Source of the DNA: an uncultured delta proteobacterium
Lineage (GTDB): Bacteria > Desulfobacterota > Binatia > UBA9968
Assembly (NCBI GenBank): GCA_963816145.1
Contig: CAWFJP010000017.1
Location: 128,001-192,000 of the forward strand
Reading direction: 5' to 3'
Length of the DNA stretch: 64,000 nucleotides
The notes beneath the pieces are model-generated. The model saw only the letters and a list, made by a program, of their open reading frames with translations. It ran no database searches and was not told where the DNA came from. The position numbers and the translations under genes were made by a program. How positions within the stretch are numbered: position 1 is the stretch's first letter; every line of letters starts with the position of its first letter. This document shows, piece after piece, positions 51,487-61,693 of the stretch.

Positions 51487-52049
51487 CGCGCCTGTCCAAT
51501 GCTTTGAATAAATTCATCCGCCAGGCGGTTTTGATCGTCCACCGACAAGTTGCGTTGGAGCAATGCCCGCGCCGTGGCTTCTGCCTGGATCGCCATTTCC
51601 TCGCGAATTTTCTGCCGCGCCATTTTGACTTCTTGATCGGCAAGAATCCTGGCGTCATCTTTGACCTTTGCCGCCATGGCATTGGCGTCGGCGAGCAGTT
51701 TGGCTTTGTCGCGCTCGCCTTCGTCGCGAAGGGTCGCTTGTAAGGTTTGCACTTCTCGGTCCACCGCGGCGAGTTTGGCTTGATATTCGTCAACCATGCC
51801 CTGGGCGGCGGCCATTTTTGCCGAAGCTTGCGACATCGTCGCAATCACTTCTTCGCGCCGGCTTTTTAGAAAACTGCGCACCGCCGGAAGCGCGTACTTG
51901 ACGATAATAAAGGCGTAGATCAGAAAATTGAGGGCAGGGAAAATGACATCGGTGATCGGCGGCGCGTGATGCTCGGCGCCATGACTGGCAGCTTCCGAAG
52001 CCCACAACTGTGCCGTGGTGAAAAGATCGAGAAAATCCTGGCTGCTCAC
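51483..52049 (-). CDS. atpF: ATP synthase F0 subunit b
   Basis: TM with LNFLI, FLKSRREEV, long coiled coil; position in operon. Confidence 0.9.
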   Translation of the reverse strand: MSSQDFLDLFTTAQLWASEAASHGAEHHAPPITDVIFPALNFLIYAFIIVKYALPAVRSFLKSRREEVIATMSQASAKMAAAQGMVDEYQAKLAAVDREVQTLQATLRDEGERDKAKLLADANAMAAKVKDDARILADQEVKMARQKIREEMAIQAEATARALLQRNLSVDDQNRLADEFIQSIGQAR

Positions 52050-52474
52050 CCGACTCTCCTCCCGAGAACTTTGTTCACCATGTCCGCAGCCACTACGCTG
52101 ACTTCCGCCGCCACAAGCCGTTTTTCCTGTTCCATGGCGGCGGCTACCTGCTGTCTAACCTGTTCGAGGCTACGGCCGGCCTCATCGCGGGCTTGGCCGA
52201 GAATCTTTTCGCGCTGCTGGCGCGCGTCCTGGTTGATCGCCTCTTTAGCCGCGTAACCTGCCGCTTGCCCTTGGGCCATCTTCTCGTCGAATTGGGCCTT
52301 TAGCCTGGCACCCTCATGCTCGAGGTCGACCGAATCATGTTGAGCTCCGGTGGTCTTGCGCTCGCGCTCTTCCAACAAGCGCAAATACGGTTGAAAAAGC
52401 AGCTTATTGAGAATCAGCCACAGGACGACGAACAGAACGATTTGATAGACGATGCTGTAATCAAGTTGAATCAT
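52046..52474 (-). CDS. ATP synthase F0 subunit b'
   Basis: QIVLFVVLWLILNKLLFQP..LEERE, coiled coil, VLGR. Confidence 0.9.
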   Translation of the reverse strand: MIQLDYSIVYQIVLFVVLWLILNKLLFQPYLRLLEERERKTTGAQHDSVDLEHEGARLKAQFDEKMAQGQAAGYAAKEAINQDARQQREKILGQARDEAGRSLEQVRQQVAAAMEQEKRLVAAEVSVVAADMVNKVLGRRVG

Positions 52475-52637
52475 GATCAACGACCGCTAACAGTTATACT
52501 TTCACCCTACTTCGCCCAACTCGGAATGGCGAAATGCAGCTCCCAAATAATAAAAAACCCACATTCTTTTGCGAACGTAGGATCGAGGATCGGGAAGATG
52601 ACGGACAACGAACCGAGGTCTATTTCTTACAATCGAG

Positions 52638-53195
52638 CTACAGCTTAGGCGCGGAAGCCGCCGCCGATTTATCAGCGCTTTGGCTGTGCGAACCTGCGAC
52701 TCCACCCTTTTGCTTCGCAACTCCCATGGAGCAGTCCCCGTCAAACACCACGCCTTCAGTAATAATCAACTGGGGAGCATCGATGTTACCGATCAAGCGG
52801 GCCGGCGCCAACAGCTCAATCCGTTCCTTTGCGCTGACATTGCCTTCAACCTTGCCGCGGATAACCACGATTTGGCCGGTGATCTTGGCCTTCACTTCCG
52901 CACCCTCGCCGATGGTAAGGGTTCCCTGACAATTCACTTCGCCATCGACGATGCCGTCGATACGCGCCGGCCCGTGAAAACTTAACTGACCGGTGACGCG
53001 ACTCCCTTTAAATAGATAACCAACCAAACCCGCCGTTGAAGGCTGAGGCGGCGGAACCTCTATTTTTTCCGCGGGCGGCGTCGGGGGAGCCGCTATTGTT
53101 GCAGTGGGCTCTGGCGCCGGATTCGGTGCTTGTGCCACGCTTTGCGCTTCTGTTTCGGTTTTTTTTCCGCCAGGGTTTTTATCAAACCAAGCCAT
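52638..53195 (-). CDS. Bactofilin (polymer-forming cytoskeletal protein, CcmA family)
   Basis: Beta-helix repeats RIDGIVDGEV, LTIGEGAEVKAKI, GKVEGNV, EGVVFDGDCSM; Pro-rich N-terminus. Confidence 0.92.
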   Translation of the reverse strand: MAWFDKNPGGKKTETEAQSVAQAPNPAPEPTATIAAPPTPPAEKIEVPPPQPSTAGLVGYLFKGSRVTGQLSFHGPARIDGIVDGEVNCQGTLTIGEGAEVKAKITGQIVVIRGKVEGNVSAKERIELLAPARLIGNIDAPQLIITEGVVFDGDCSMGVAKQKGGVAGSHSQSADKSAAASAPKL

Positions 53196-53439
53196 TTTCC
53201 GGTTCTCCCCGTGCCTGGGCAGAGTTTCCTATAACATCCGAGAATCTCATTGTCAAAACGCCGCTGACAAAACCAACCAGGCTCGCGTCGATGCTGCAAG
53301 TGAGCGCTTAAACCGCAAATCAAGTGATTCGCGAAAACCGCAAATGGACAACCTCGCTCATCCTACAAACGCGACAATATTAGTTCAGTCCTTGACCGTT
53401 TAGATCACATTGTTTAGCTTAACACCAGCTGATCTATAT

Positions 53440-54399
53440 ATGACCCATCTCCGCCTGCTCACCAAGCTCGCACTGCTGATTCTTCTATCGCTGTCCCAAC
53501 CAGCCGCCGCGCAAACTCTGTTACGGGTCGCTACTCCCGGCGCGCTCACCGGGGCTTTGCCAATCTACCTCGGCGCCAAAAGGGGCGTTTTTCAGAGATA
53601 CGGATTGACCGTCGAAGTCATAGCCACGCGCAACGAACAAATGAACATGCAGGCACTGATGTCCGACAGCGTGCAGTTCCTGACTTCAAGCTCCACCGGC
53701 CTATTTTACTTGGGCAAGCAGGGCTTGGATGCGGTTGGCGTCGCATCCTGGAATAATGCTTCGCCCTATAGCCTCGGCAGCCGCTTCAAGATCAAAGCAC
53801 TCAAGGAATTGAAAGGCAAAAAGATCGCCTCCAGCGGCGCCGGCGGCCGCGCGGATGCGTTTATCAATTTCATGCTCACCAAAGCCGGCTTGAACCCGAA
53901 AACCGACGTGCAGATACTTCCGCTCTCCGGCGGCTCGCCAGTGCGCCTGGCCGCCGTGGTCTCCGGCAATCTTGACGCCACCTTGATCTCATCCTTGCAA
54001 GGCCGCCACGCTGAAAAGCTTGGCCTCACGGTGCTGCCGATCCCGCTCGAATATATCTGGGGCATTAATTTGACCCGGCGATCCTATCTGACCAAGAACC
54101 GCGAGACCGTGAAGAATTACCTACGCGGTTTAGCCGATTCGGTCCGTCTGATGATGGCGGACAAAGAATCCACCCTTGCGGTGATGGCGCAGGTGCTAAA
54201 AATCGACGACCGAGACAGCCTTGAATACTCCTATCGGATCATGAAAGCCGATGCCCGGCCTGATCTATTTCCGAGCGAAGAAGCGATTGTCAACGTTTTG
54301 AAGACCATGGTCTATGAAGATCCGGCCTTCGGCCAGATCCCGCCATACAAGTTTTTCGACCTATCGTTGATTCAAGAACTCAAGTCGGAAGCCCGCTAA
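53440..54399 (+). CDS. NitT/TauT-family ABC substrate-binding protein
   Basis: Signal peptide, GVFQRYGLTVE, ELKGKKI, GLNPKTDV, FDLSLIQEL. Confidence 0.85.
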   Translation: MTHLRLLTKLALLILLSLSQPAAAQTLLRVATPGALTGALPIYLGAKRGVFQRYGLTVEVIATRNEQMNMQALMSDSVQFLTSSSTGLFYLGKQGLDAVGVASWNNASPYSLGSRFKIKALKELKGKKIASSGAGGRADAFINFMLTKAGLNPKTDVQILPLSGGSPVRLAAVVSGNLDATLISSLQGRHAEKLGLTVLPIPLEYIWGINLTRRSYLTKNRETVKNYLRGLADSVRLMMADKESTLAVMAQVLKIDDRDSLEYSYRIMKADARPDLFPSEEAIVNVLKTMVYEDPAFGQIPPYKFFDLSLIQELKSEAR

Positions 54400-54414
54400 A
54401 CAAGAGGAAGGGTT

Positions 54415-55362
54415 ATGAAACTGCTCATCGGCTTAATCGCGGCCTGGCTCGCGGGTGCCAGCGCAAGCGTCAGCGCGGAGGTCGTCCGCGGCACCTACCC
54501 ATCGGCCAACGTGCAATTTCTGCCGGCGTTCGTTGACCTGGAGAAAGGCATCTATAAGCGCGAGGGTGTGGACGCCGAGTTGATCTCCGTGCGCAACCAC
54601 GTTACGGCAGTGCAGGCACTGCTCGGCAATCAGTTCCATTTCATCTTTTCCGTCGGCCCGCAGATGCCGTCGATCGGGGAAGACGGCGATATCGTCCTGC
54701 TCGCCCAGCAAATCGGCCGGCCGACCTTTTCCATGATGGTGACCCCAGATATTAAAACCGTCGCCGATTTGAAGGGCAAAAAAATCGGCCTCAGCTTCGG
54801 CGGCTCGACCTTCGCCGGCACCAAGGCGCTCTTGGAGCTTTACAAAATGAATCCCGACAAAGATGTTCAGTACGTCAGCATTCCCGGCAGTCAACCGAAG
54901 ATTGCCGCCATGCAGCAGGGCATCATACAAGCCGCGCTGCTCGCGCCGCCGTCGGACTATGTCGCCTTGAAGGCGGGCTTCAAGCGGCTGGCCAATCTGG
55001 CCGACCTGTTCAAAGACACGTCGTTTACCGGCCTTGCCGCCACTGGCAAGACCATCAAAGAAAACCCGCAGTTCGTCAAATGCATGGTGTGCGCCATCGT
55101 CCGCAGCGTGATCCATACCCGAGACTACCCTGAAGACGCGATTGGTACCATGATGAAACATTGGCGCATGGAGCACGATGTCTCGGTGGACGCGTACAAC
55201 TTAATCAAGGAAGCGCTGCAACCGGTGCCGACGGAGAAGGGCGTCGAACTAATGTCCCAGTGACAGGCGGTGGCGCTGAATACCAAGTCCAAGCGGCCCG
55301 TGCGCGAATATATGGACCTGCGCTTCGTCAACGAAGTGATGGTTGAATTAACTCAGAAATAA
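54415..55362 (+). pseudogene. NitT/TauT-family substrate-binding protein with a premature TGA
   Basis: TGA at 55261-55263; the same frame continues [32 protein letters not shown] to 55362, giving the family-typical C-terminus. Confidence 0.75.
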
Positions 55363-55372
55363 TCAACAGGAG

Positions 55373-55975
55373 GTGAGAGTGAAAAAATTATTTATCGTCG
55401 CAATGCTATGCGCCGTATTTGGATGGGGCGCGAATGCCAATAGCCAGGAAAAAAAGGGACCGCTTTACGCCACCTTTAAAACCAGCATGGGCGACATCGT
55501 CGTACAACTATTCGAGGAGAAAGCGCCTAAGACCGTCGCCAACTTCGTCGGCCTCGCCAGCGGCACCAAGGAATGGACCGATCCTAAGACCGGTGAGAAA
55601 GTGAAGAAGCCGCTCTATAATGGCACGATCTTTCACCGGGTCATCCCTGGTTTCATGATTCAAGGCGGCGATCCCTTGGGCAACGGCACCGGCGGACCCG
55701 GTTATCGTTTCGAAGATGAATTCCATCCCGACCTGCGCCACACCAAAGGCGGCATCCTGTCGATGGCCAACGCAGGGCCGAACACGAACGGCAGCCAGTT
55801 TTTCATTACCCTCGCGCCCACGCTGCATTTGGACAACCGTCACAGCGTGTTTGGCGAAGTAATCAAGGGACAAGAAGTAGTCGTCGCCATCGGCGCCACC
55901 CCGCGCGACGGGCGTGACCGGCCGACCAAAGACGTCGTGATCAAAGAAATCGTTATCAGCCGCGGCAGTTACTGA
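55373..55975 (+). CDS. Cyclophilin-type peptidyl-prolyl isomerase with signal peptide
   Basis: [40 protein letters not shown]. Confidence 0.95.
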   Translation: MRVKKLFIVAMLCAVFGWGANANSQEKKGPLYATFKTSMGDIVVQLFEEKAPKTVANFVGLASGTKEWTDPKTGEKVKKPLYNGTIFHRVIPGFMIQGGDPLGNGTGGPGYRFEDEFHPDLRHTKGGILSMANAGPNTNGSQFFITLAPTLHLDNRHSVFGEVIKGQEVVVAIGATPRDGRDRPTKDVVIKEIVISRGSY

Positions 55976-56009
55976 TTCTGACGCCGCCAACCAAACGCGG
56001 GAGGCACCG

Positions 56010-56987
56010 ATGCGATTCGCTAAGGTCACTATGCTATGGACATTGGTTTTCGTTTCGGTCCTCTTCGCCCGCGCGATTAAGGCCGCGGAAATTCCGTTAC
56101 CGCAAGCCACCGCGGTGTATGGCGTCATCGCCACTGATCCGATTTATCTTTGGATCGCCCAGGAGAGAGGCTTCTTCAAAAAGAACGGTCTCAATATCGA
56201 TCTTACCCATATTCCGACCAACCAGGCGGTGCAGGCGTTGGTCGGCGGCAAGATTCAATTCACCACCGCCGGACCGCAAATCATTGAAGCCAATCTCGCC
56301 GGCGCCGACACGGTTTACATCTTGAGCCCGGTCAACACTTTTGTCTTTTCCATCTATAGCAAACCGGAAATCACCAGCATAAAAGGCCTAGCTGGAAAAA
56401 CCATCGGCGCGACCAACAAGGGAACACCCACCGACATTGCCGGACACATGGTTGTCACCCAGAGCGGTTTGAAGCCGGATGTCGATGTAAAGTTCGCTTA
56501 TCTGAAGGAAATCCCCGCCCTGGTCGCCGCCTTGCAGCAAGGCATCATCGATGCGGCGATTCTTTCGGCGCCCAGCACACTCACCGCGCGCAATTTCGGC
56601 TTAAAAGAACTGCTCAACGTCACCGCCCTGAAAATTCCCTTCGTGCAGCATGGCATCGGCACAACCCGCTCATTCATCAACACCTACCAAGATCTGGTGC
56701 GGCGCTTTGTCCGCAGCGCAGCCGAAGGAATCGACTACGCGCGCAAGAACCGGGGTGACACCATTGCGATCCTGTCTAAATACACCAAGATCACCGACCC
56801 GGCCCAGCTACAAGAATCACTGTCCACCAACGAGCCGGCCTGGGAACGAATTCCCACACCAAACCAGCAGGCCATCGAAGCCGTGCTGGCCGCCTCGGAA
56901 AATCCCAAAGCCAAAGCTGCGAAGTGGGATCAGTTCGTCGACGATCGGTTTGTTAAGGAATTGGTGGCGGCGGGAGTGTTCAAGTAG
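56010..56987 (+). CDS. NitT/TauT-family ABC substrate-binding protein
   Basis: WIAQERGFFKKNGL, GLKPDVDV, GIIDAA, FVDDRFVKEL. Confidence 0.88.
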   Translation: MRFAKVTMLWTLVFVSVLFARAIKAAEIPLPQATAVYGVIATDPIYLWIAQERGFFKKNGLNIDLTHIPTNQAVQALVGGKIQFTTAGPQIIEANLAGADTVYILSPVNTFVFSIYSKPEITSIKGLAGKTIGATNKGTPTDIAGHMVVTQSGLKPDVDVKFAYLKEIPALVAALQQGIIDAAILSAPSTLTARNFGLKELLNVTALKIPFVQHGIGTTRSFINTYQDLVRRFVRSAAEGIDYARKNRGDTIAILSKYTKITDPAQLQESLSTNEPAWERIPTPNQQAIEAVLAASENPKAKAAKWDQFVDDRFVKELVAAGVFK

Positions 56988-57010
56988 GGGGCAGACCCCC
57001 GTGCCTGCCC
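56984..57010. repeat. GTAG-type REP-like hairpin
   Basis: GTAG followed by GGGCAG..CTGCCC stem, at the junction of convergent genes. Confidence 0.5.
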
Positions 57011-57035
57011 ATAATCCCATTGAACACTGAACCAG

Positions 57036-58109
57036 TCATTCCAAATCATACGGCACGCCCAATTCCATACCGACATCGCGTAAACCTTTGAGAACGGAAC
57101 TGTGCAGCGGAATGCCGCGCTCGGATCTTTCCTCGGCAGTTTCGAATTCAATTTCCCCGGCCACATAGACACGGCTTTCGCCCTCAACCGGCGGCGTCGA
57201 TTTCAATTCGCGAATCAGTCGATCCATGTCGGCTTTGAATTCCGCGGCTGGGCGAAACGCCGACGGATCGATGGCACCGAAAAAATGGCCGCGCGGTTCT
57301 TGATTGGGATTTAAAGCCGTGACTGTGCCGGTGAGCACACCGCAGAGAATTTCCACGAGAATTCCTAAGCCGTAGCCTTTGTGACTGCCGCTTTCGCGCG
57401 AGCCGCCAAGCGGTAACAAACGGCGCGCCTGCTGCGCCACTTTGGGATCCGTCGTCGGTTCGGCTTTCTCGTTCAATGCCCAGCCCGTAGGAACCGGCTT
57501 TCCGAGGCGTATCGCTAATTCCAATTTGCCCGCTGCCGCTGTGGTGGTCGCCATGTCGAGGACGAAGGGTTGTTCATCTTTTGCCGGGATCGCGAAGGAG
57601 ATTGGATTCGTACCGAAGCGCGCTTCGCGGCCGAAGGTCGGCACCACTTGCCGGCTCGCGTTGGTCATGGCGATGCCGATCATGTCATAGGGCAACGCGA
57701 GCATGGAATAATACGCTGACATGCCGTAGTGGCGGCTGTTACGAACCGTGACGATGCCAACACCCGACTGTTTGGCTTTTTTGATCGCCAGCTCCATCGC
57801 CCGGTGACCGGCGACGAAGCCCATGCCGTTGTCAGCATCGAGCAGCGCGGTGGACGCGTGCTCCGTGACGATGCGAATATTCGGCTTGGCCGTCATCGCG
57901 CCGTCGCGCAACCACTTCACATACCAGGCATGCGGGTTGAAACGAATCACGCCGTGAGTATCGACACCGCGCAGGTCCGATGCGACCAAGACATTGGCGG
58001 CGATCTCGGCATCGCTGGCCGGCACGCCAAGATTTTCAAACGAACGGCTGACGAAGCGAATTAACTTTTCGTGATTGATACGGGTCATGCCGGTTGTATC
58101 GGTCGCCAT
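57036..58109 (-). CDS. Ldh2 family (malate/L-lactate/ureidoglycolate dehydrogenase-like) oxidoreductase
   Basis: SDLRGVDTHG, RNSRHYG, FGTNPISFA, LDMATT, HKGYGL. Confidence 0.92.
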   Translation of the reverse strand: MATDTTGMTRINHEKLIRFVSRSFENLGVPASDAEIAANVLVASDLRGVDTHGVIRFNPHAWYVKWLRDGAMTAKPNIRIVTEHASTALLDADNGMGFVAGHRAMELAIKKAKQSGVGIVTVRNSRHYGMSAYYSMLALPYDMIGIAMTNASRQVVPTFGREARFGTNPISFAIPAKDEQPFVLDMATTTAAAGKLELAIRLGKPVPTGWALNEKAEPTTDPKVAQQARRLLPLGGSRESGSHKGYGLGILVEILCGVLTGTVTALNPNQEPRGHFFGAIDPSAFRPAAEFKADMDRLIRELKSTPPVEGESRVYVAGEIEFETAEERSERGIPLHSSVLKGLRDVGMELGVPYDLE

Positions 58110-58225
58110 GAAATCCTCCGAGGCTGTGATGGGCCCAGCTAACTTCGATGCGGTTCATCTGTCAACCCCACTTGACGCTCCAGCCGCGTTTCCCTATGTT
58201 ACCGGCAGCCGAAGGAGTGGCGGTG

Positions 58226-58296
58226 AGGTTTCCGCTAGGCGATTCGTTCAGGAATTGGCCAAGAGCGGTTTTTTTGCGGAGCTAAACCAGGCGTAA
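58226..58296 (+). pseudogene. 3' remnant of a NitT/TauT substrate-binding gene
   Basis: EVSARRFVQELAKSGFFAELNQA* resembles C-termini of the neighbouring SBPs (DDRFVKELVAAGVF; LEKSPFY). Confidence 0.5.
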
Positions 58297-58334
58297 TGAC
58301 GTTTCTCCACCGACGCGTAAAGAGGTTTCTATCG

Positions 58335-59366
58335 ATGAAATCGATCCGATTACCGTCCGGAAAGTTTATTTCACTAGTGTGCGCTACATTGCTATTGATA
58401 GCGCTTGCAGCGAACACCCAGGCCGCCGAGCTGCCGTTGGTCCGCATCGCCCACGGCGCGTTTAGCGAAAAAGTCGTTGCCTTATGGCTTGGCGCCGAAC
58501 AAGGCCTGTTCCGCAAGCACGGCGTCAACATTGAAGTCATCAATATACGCAGCGGCCCACAGACCATGGCGGCGCTGGTTTCGGGCGACATTCAGGTTGC
58601 CTACACCATTCCTGGATCGGTGGTCAGCGCGGCAACCAGCGGTTTGGACGTCGCGTTCTTCGCCGGCATCGTCAATAAAGCCGACGGCGATTTCATCGCT
58701 GGGCCGAGCATCCACACTCCGGAAGACTTAAAAGGAAAACGGATCGGAGTGCAGAGCATCGGCGGTGGGGTCTGGTCGATGGCGATGCTCGCCATCGAGC
58801 ATCTAGGTTTGGAACCGAACCGCGACAAAATGACCGTGATGATCGTCGGCGACTCGCCGGTGCTGGCGCAATCGCTGGAGCAGGGCGGCATTGAGGCGAC
58901 TTATCTCAATTACACCCACAGCCGGGCGCTAAAAGAGAAAGGGTTTCCGGTTCTATTGGATTTGGGCAAGGCGCCGATTCCCTATCAAGGGCTCGCAGCG
59001 GCGACCCGGCGCGGCTATCTCAGGCAAAATCCCCAGATCGTCGATTCTTTGATGCGCGGCTTTGTCGAAACCGTGGCGTTCATTCACAAACCTGGAAATA
59101 AGGAAACAGTCATCAAATCGCTGGTGAAAAATCTCCGGCTCAAAAGCGCCCAGGACGCCGAGATCGGCTACGCCGCGCTGCAATGGCTATACAACATCGA
59201 TATCAAACCGACGATCCCCGGGATTCAAAACATGGCGCGTTTCCTCGCTCTCACCAACCCCAAAGTTAAGAGCGTAAAAAGCGAAGAGGTGGTCGACGAA
59301 GCGCCCTGGCAACGTTTGGAGAAAAGCCCGTTTTACCGGGAAGTGCTGGCAGCGGCTAAAAAGTAG
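58335..59366 (+). CDS. NitT/TauT-family ABC substrate-binding protein
   Basis: Signal peptide, GLFRKHGVNIE, ALVSGDIQ, DLKGKRIGV, GLEPNRD. Confidence 0.88.
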   Translation: MKSIRLPSGKFISLVCATLLLIALAANTQAAELPLVRIAHGAFSEKVVALWLGAEQGLFRKHGVNIEVINIRSGPQTMAALVSGDIQVAYTIPGSVVSAATSGLDVAFFAGIVNKADGDFIAGPSIHTPEDLKGKRIGVQSIGGGVWSMAMLAIEHLGLEPNRDKMTVMIVGDSPVLAQSLEQGGIEATYLNYTHSRALKEKGFPVLLDLGKAPIPYQGLAAATRRGYLRQNPQIVDSLMRGFVETVAFIHKPGNKETVIKSLVKNLRLKSAQDAEIGYAALQWLYNIDIKPTIPGIQNMARFLALTNPKVKSVKSEEVVDEAPWQRLEKSPFYREVLAAAKK

Positions 59367-59409
59367 CGCGGCGTTGTCGCCGGTCTACCCACAGACCACT
59401 ATTGCGAGT

Positions 59410-60414
59410 TTACCTGATCCCCAGATACTCGTTGTAAAGCTTCATGTATTTGTCGTAGCTACCCTCAGCGCGTATGACATGTGGGTTGCCGCTTTCCATG
59501 AGCTGATCGATGTCCTTCGACTGGCTTCTGACCCCGTTTCTGAGCGGAATTTTTCCCGCAGCTGCTAATGCTCGTTGCCCTTCAGGGGAGAGATAGAAAT
59601 CGATGAGGATCTGCGCCGCCGCCGGATGCAGCGGATTTTTCACCATGGCGATCGTGGAAATGGTCGCCAGGGTCTGCGCGGCCGGCAACCAATCCACCGG
59701 CGCCTCTTTGCGTTTCATGGCATCAAGTTTGGAGACCTGCATGAATCCGGTGAGCGGGTATTCCCCCGCCGCCATCATGTTGATGGTGTGGCTATAGCCT
59801 TCCACTAACTTTAAGTCTTGTTGGCTGAGTTTTTTGAAATAGGCCATGCCTTGCTCTTCACCGCGCAGCGATACCATGCCGGTGAGGGGATAAGGCACGC
59901 CACGGTTCACGGCAATTTGACTCTTGAACTGCGGCCGCAGGTACTCGTCATAATTCTTCGGCACCGCAGACTTGGAAAGCAGCCGGGGATTGAAGCCGGT
60001 CACGAGCAAATCGGTGGTGATGCCGGACCAGAAACCATCGTTGTCCCACGCCCCTGGTAGCAGATTCTTGGTTTCCGCCGATCGATACTGCCCCAGCACG
60101 CCTTGTTGCTTGAGATAAAGCAGCGGCTCGGGACTATTGCCCAAAACATCACCCTGGACGCGGCCGGCGCGAAACTCTTGCATCACCCGCGCGGTTTGCC
60201 GCGACGAACTCAGGTAAACATGGCGCAGGTTCAGACCGGGATATTTTTCATTGAAGGCTTTGCTGAAATGGGTGAAGTCCCCGACGGTCATCGTCGTGTA
60301 GAGTATGACTTCACCCTCTTTCTTTGCCTGATTGATAACCTCCTGGCTCTGCGCAAAGCAAAACGCGGGAGCGACCAATAAAAACGACAGCAATAAAATG
60401 GCCCGGATTTTCAT
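59410..60414 (-). CDS. Extracellular solute-binding protein (AfuA/FutA-like cluster)
   Basis: AKKEGEVILYT, FNEKYP, AAGEY, HPAAAQILIDFYLSPEGQ. Confidence 0.85.
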   Translation of the reverse strand: MKIRAILLLSFLLVAPAFCFAQSQEVINQAKKEGEVILYTTMTVGDFTHFSKAFNEKYPGLNLRHVYLSSSRQTARVMQEFRAGRVQGDVLGNSPEPLLYLKQQGVLGQYRSAETKNLLPGAWDNDGFWSGITTDLLVTGFNPRLLSKSAVPKNYDEYLRPQFKSQIAVNRGVPYPLTGMVSLRGEEQGMAYFKKLSQQDLKLVEGYSHTINMMAAGEYPLTGFMQVSKLDAMKRKEAPVDWLPAAQTLATISTIAMVKNPLHPAAAQILIDFYLSPEGQRALAAAGKIPLRNGVRSQSKDIDQLMESGNPHVIRAEGSYDKYMKLYNEYLGIR

Positions 60415-60697
60415 GAGTGACCTCGTTCTGCACTTCTGCCGCAGTCATCAGCGGCGTCAGCGGGTAAATAGGCGGCACTCGTGGTAAACCGTTGCTATCC
60501 AGATTGACCTTCTAATCGCCTTCAAAGACATACTTCTAACGATTTTACCGGCACCTTATCAACGGTGGAAGAAGTTTGCTAGCTGAAAATTGTGCTTCTT
60601 ATTTCCATGATATAGTTGGCACATGTGCCTTTGCGCGCTCGACACGCTTATATCGATCGATTGACTTTTGTTAGCTGAGAACCATCGCTGACGATCC

Positions 60698-61618
60698 ATG
60701 CTCGATTATCTTACACTTGCGTTAGGGGTCCTGCTCGCCGGAGCAGGCGGTGAAATTTTTATCCGGGGGGCCGTTGGCTTGGCCCATTGGGCCCGGGTTT
60801 CACCGGGCATTATTGCTTGCACCGTGGTGGCGTTCGCGACATCGAGCCCCGAGTTGGCTGTCTCGATCAGCGCCGCACTGGCAGGTACACCACAGATAGC
60901 GCTCGGCGACGCCTTAGGAAGTAACGTGGTCAACGTCGCGCTCATCCTCGCCTCTGCGGTCGCTATCTCTGGTTTGCATACGCCGCGCAGGAATCTGACC
61001 CGGGATTTTCCGGTGGCCCTGTTGATTCCAGTGATCACCCTGGTCTTGCTGCTAGACGGCGTAGTGTCTCGAATTGACGGTTGTTTGCTAGTTGGAATGT
61101 TCACGTGTTGGTTATGCGCCGTCATCATCGAAGCCCGCAAACAACGAAGCTCAGCCGACAAAATCCTAGGAGAACAGCGCGGCATGGTCGCGGCAGTGTT
61201 TAGCATCGCTGGCCTTGCCATGCTAATCGCAGCTGGTCGGCTAGTCGTCCATGGAGCCAAAGGCATTGCCATTGCCTTCGGTCTCGACGAATTCACCATC
61301 GGCGCCACGGTGGTGGCTGTGGGAACGTCGGTCCCAGAACTAGCGACTACGATCATTGCCAAACTCCGCGGCCACGAGGAAATCGGTCTCGGCACCATAC
61401 TCGGCAGCAACATTTTCAACGGTCTGTTGATCATTGGCGTCGCAGCGATCATCTCTCCGATCTCTGTCGATTGGCGGGAAGTTGCGGGTGTTCTTACTTT
61501 CGGTATCCTGACGGTGGCCCTTACATTCCCAAACAGCCGTGGTCTCATCGAGCGAAGACGCGGCGCGCTGCTGTTAACTCTATACGCCGCCTACCTGATC
61601 TCAATCCTTCAGCGGTAG
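60698..61618 (+). CDS. Calcium/sodium antiporter (YrbG/CaCA family)
   Basis: Alpha repeats ATSSPEL..GSNVVN and GTSVPEL..GSNIFN. Confidence 0.93.
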   Translation: MLDYLTLALGVLLAGAGGEIFIRGAVGLAHWARVSPGIIACTVVAFATSSPELAVSISAALAGTPQIALGDALGSNVVNVALILASAVAISGLHTPRRNLTRDFPVALLIPVITLVLLLDGVVSRIDGCLLVGMFTCWLCAVIIEARKQRSSADKILGEQRGMVAAVFSIAGLAMLIAAGRLVVHGAKGIAIAFGLDEFTIGATVVAVGTSVPELATTIIAKLRGHEEIGLGTILGSNIFNGLLIIGVAAIISPISVDWREVAGVLTFGILTVALTFPNSRGLIERRRGALLLTLYAAYLISILQR

Positions 61619-61693
61619 CCTTGGATCAGCAAAGCATGTACCCGTGCGTCCCCGAGAAATCACCGCGCTCCCATCCCAAGTTAGCGCTTTTAG

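Noticed and set aside
60706-61548. 280-aa minus-strand ORF
   Set aside because: Antisense shadow of the Ca/Na antiporter
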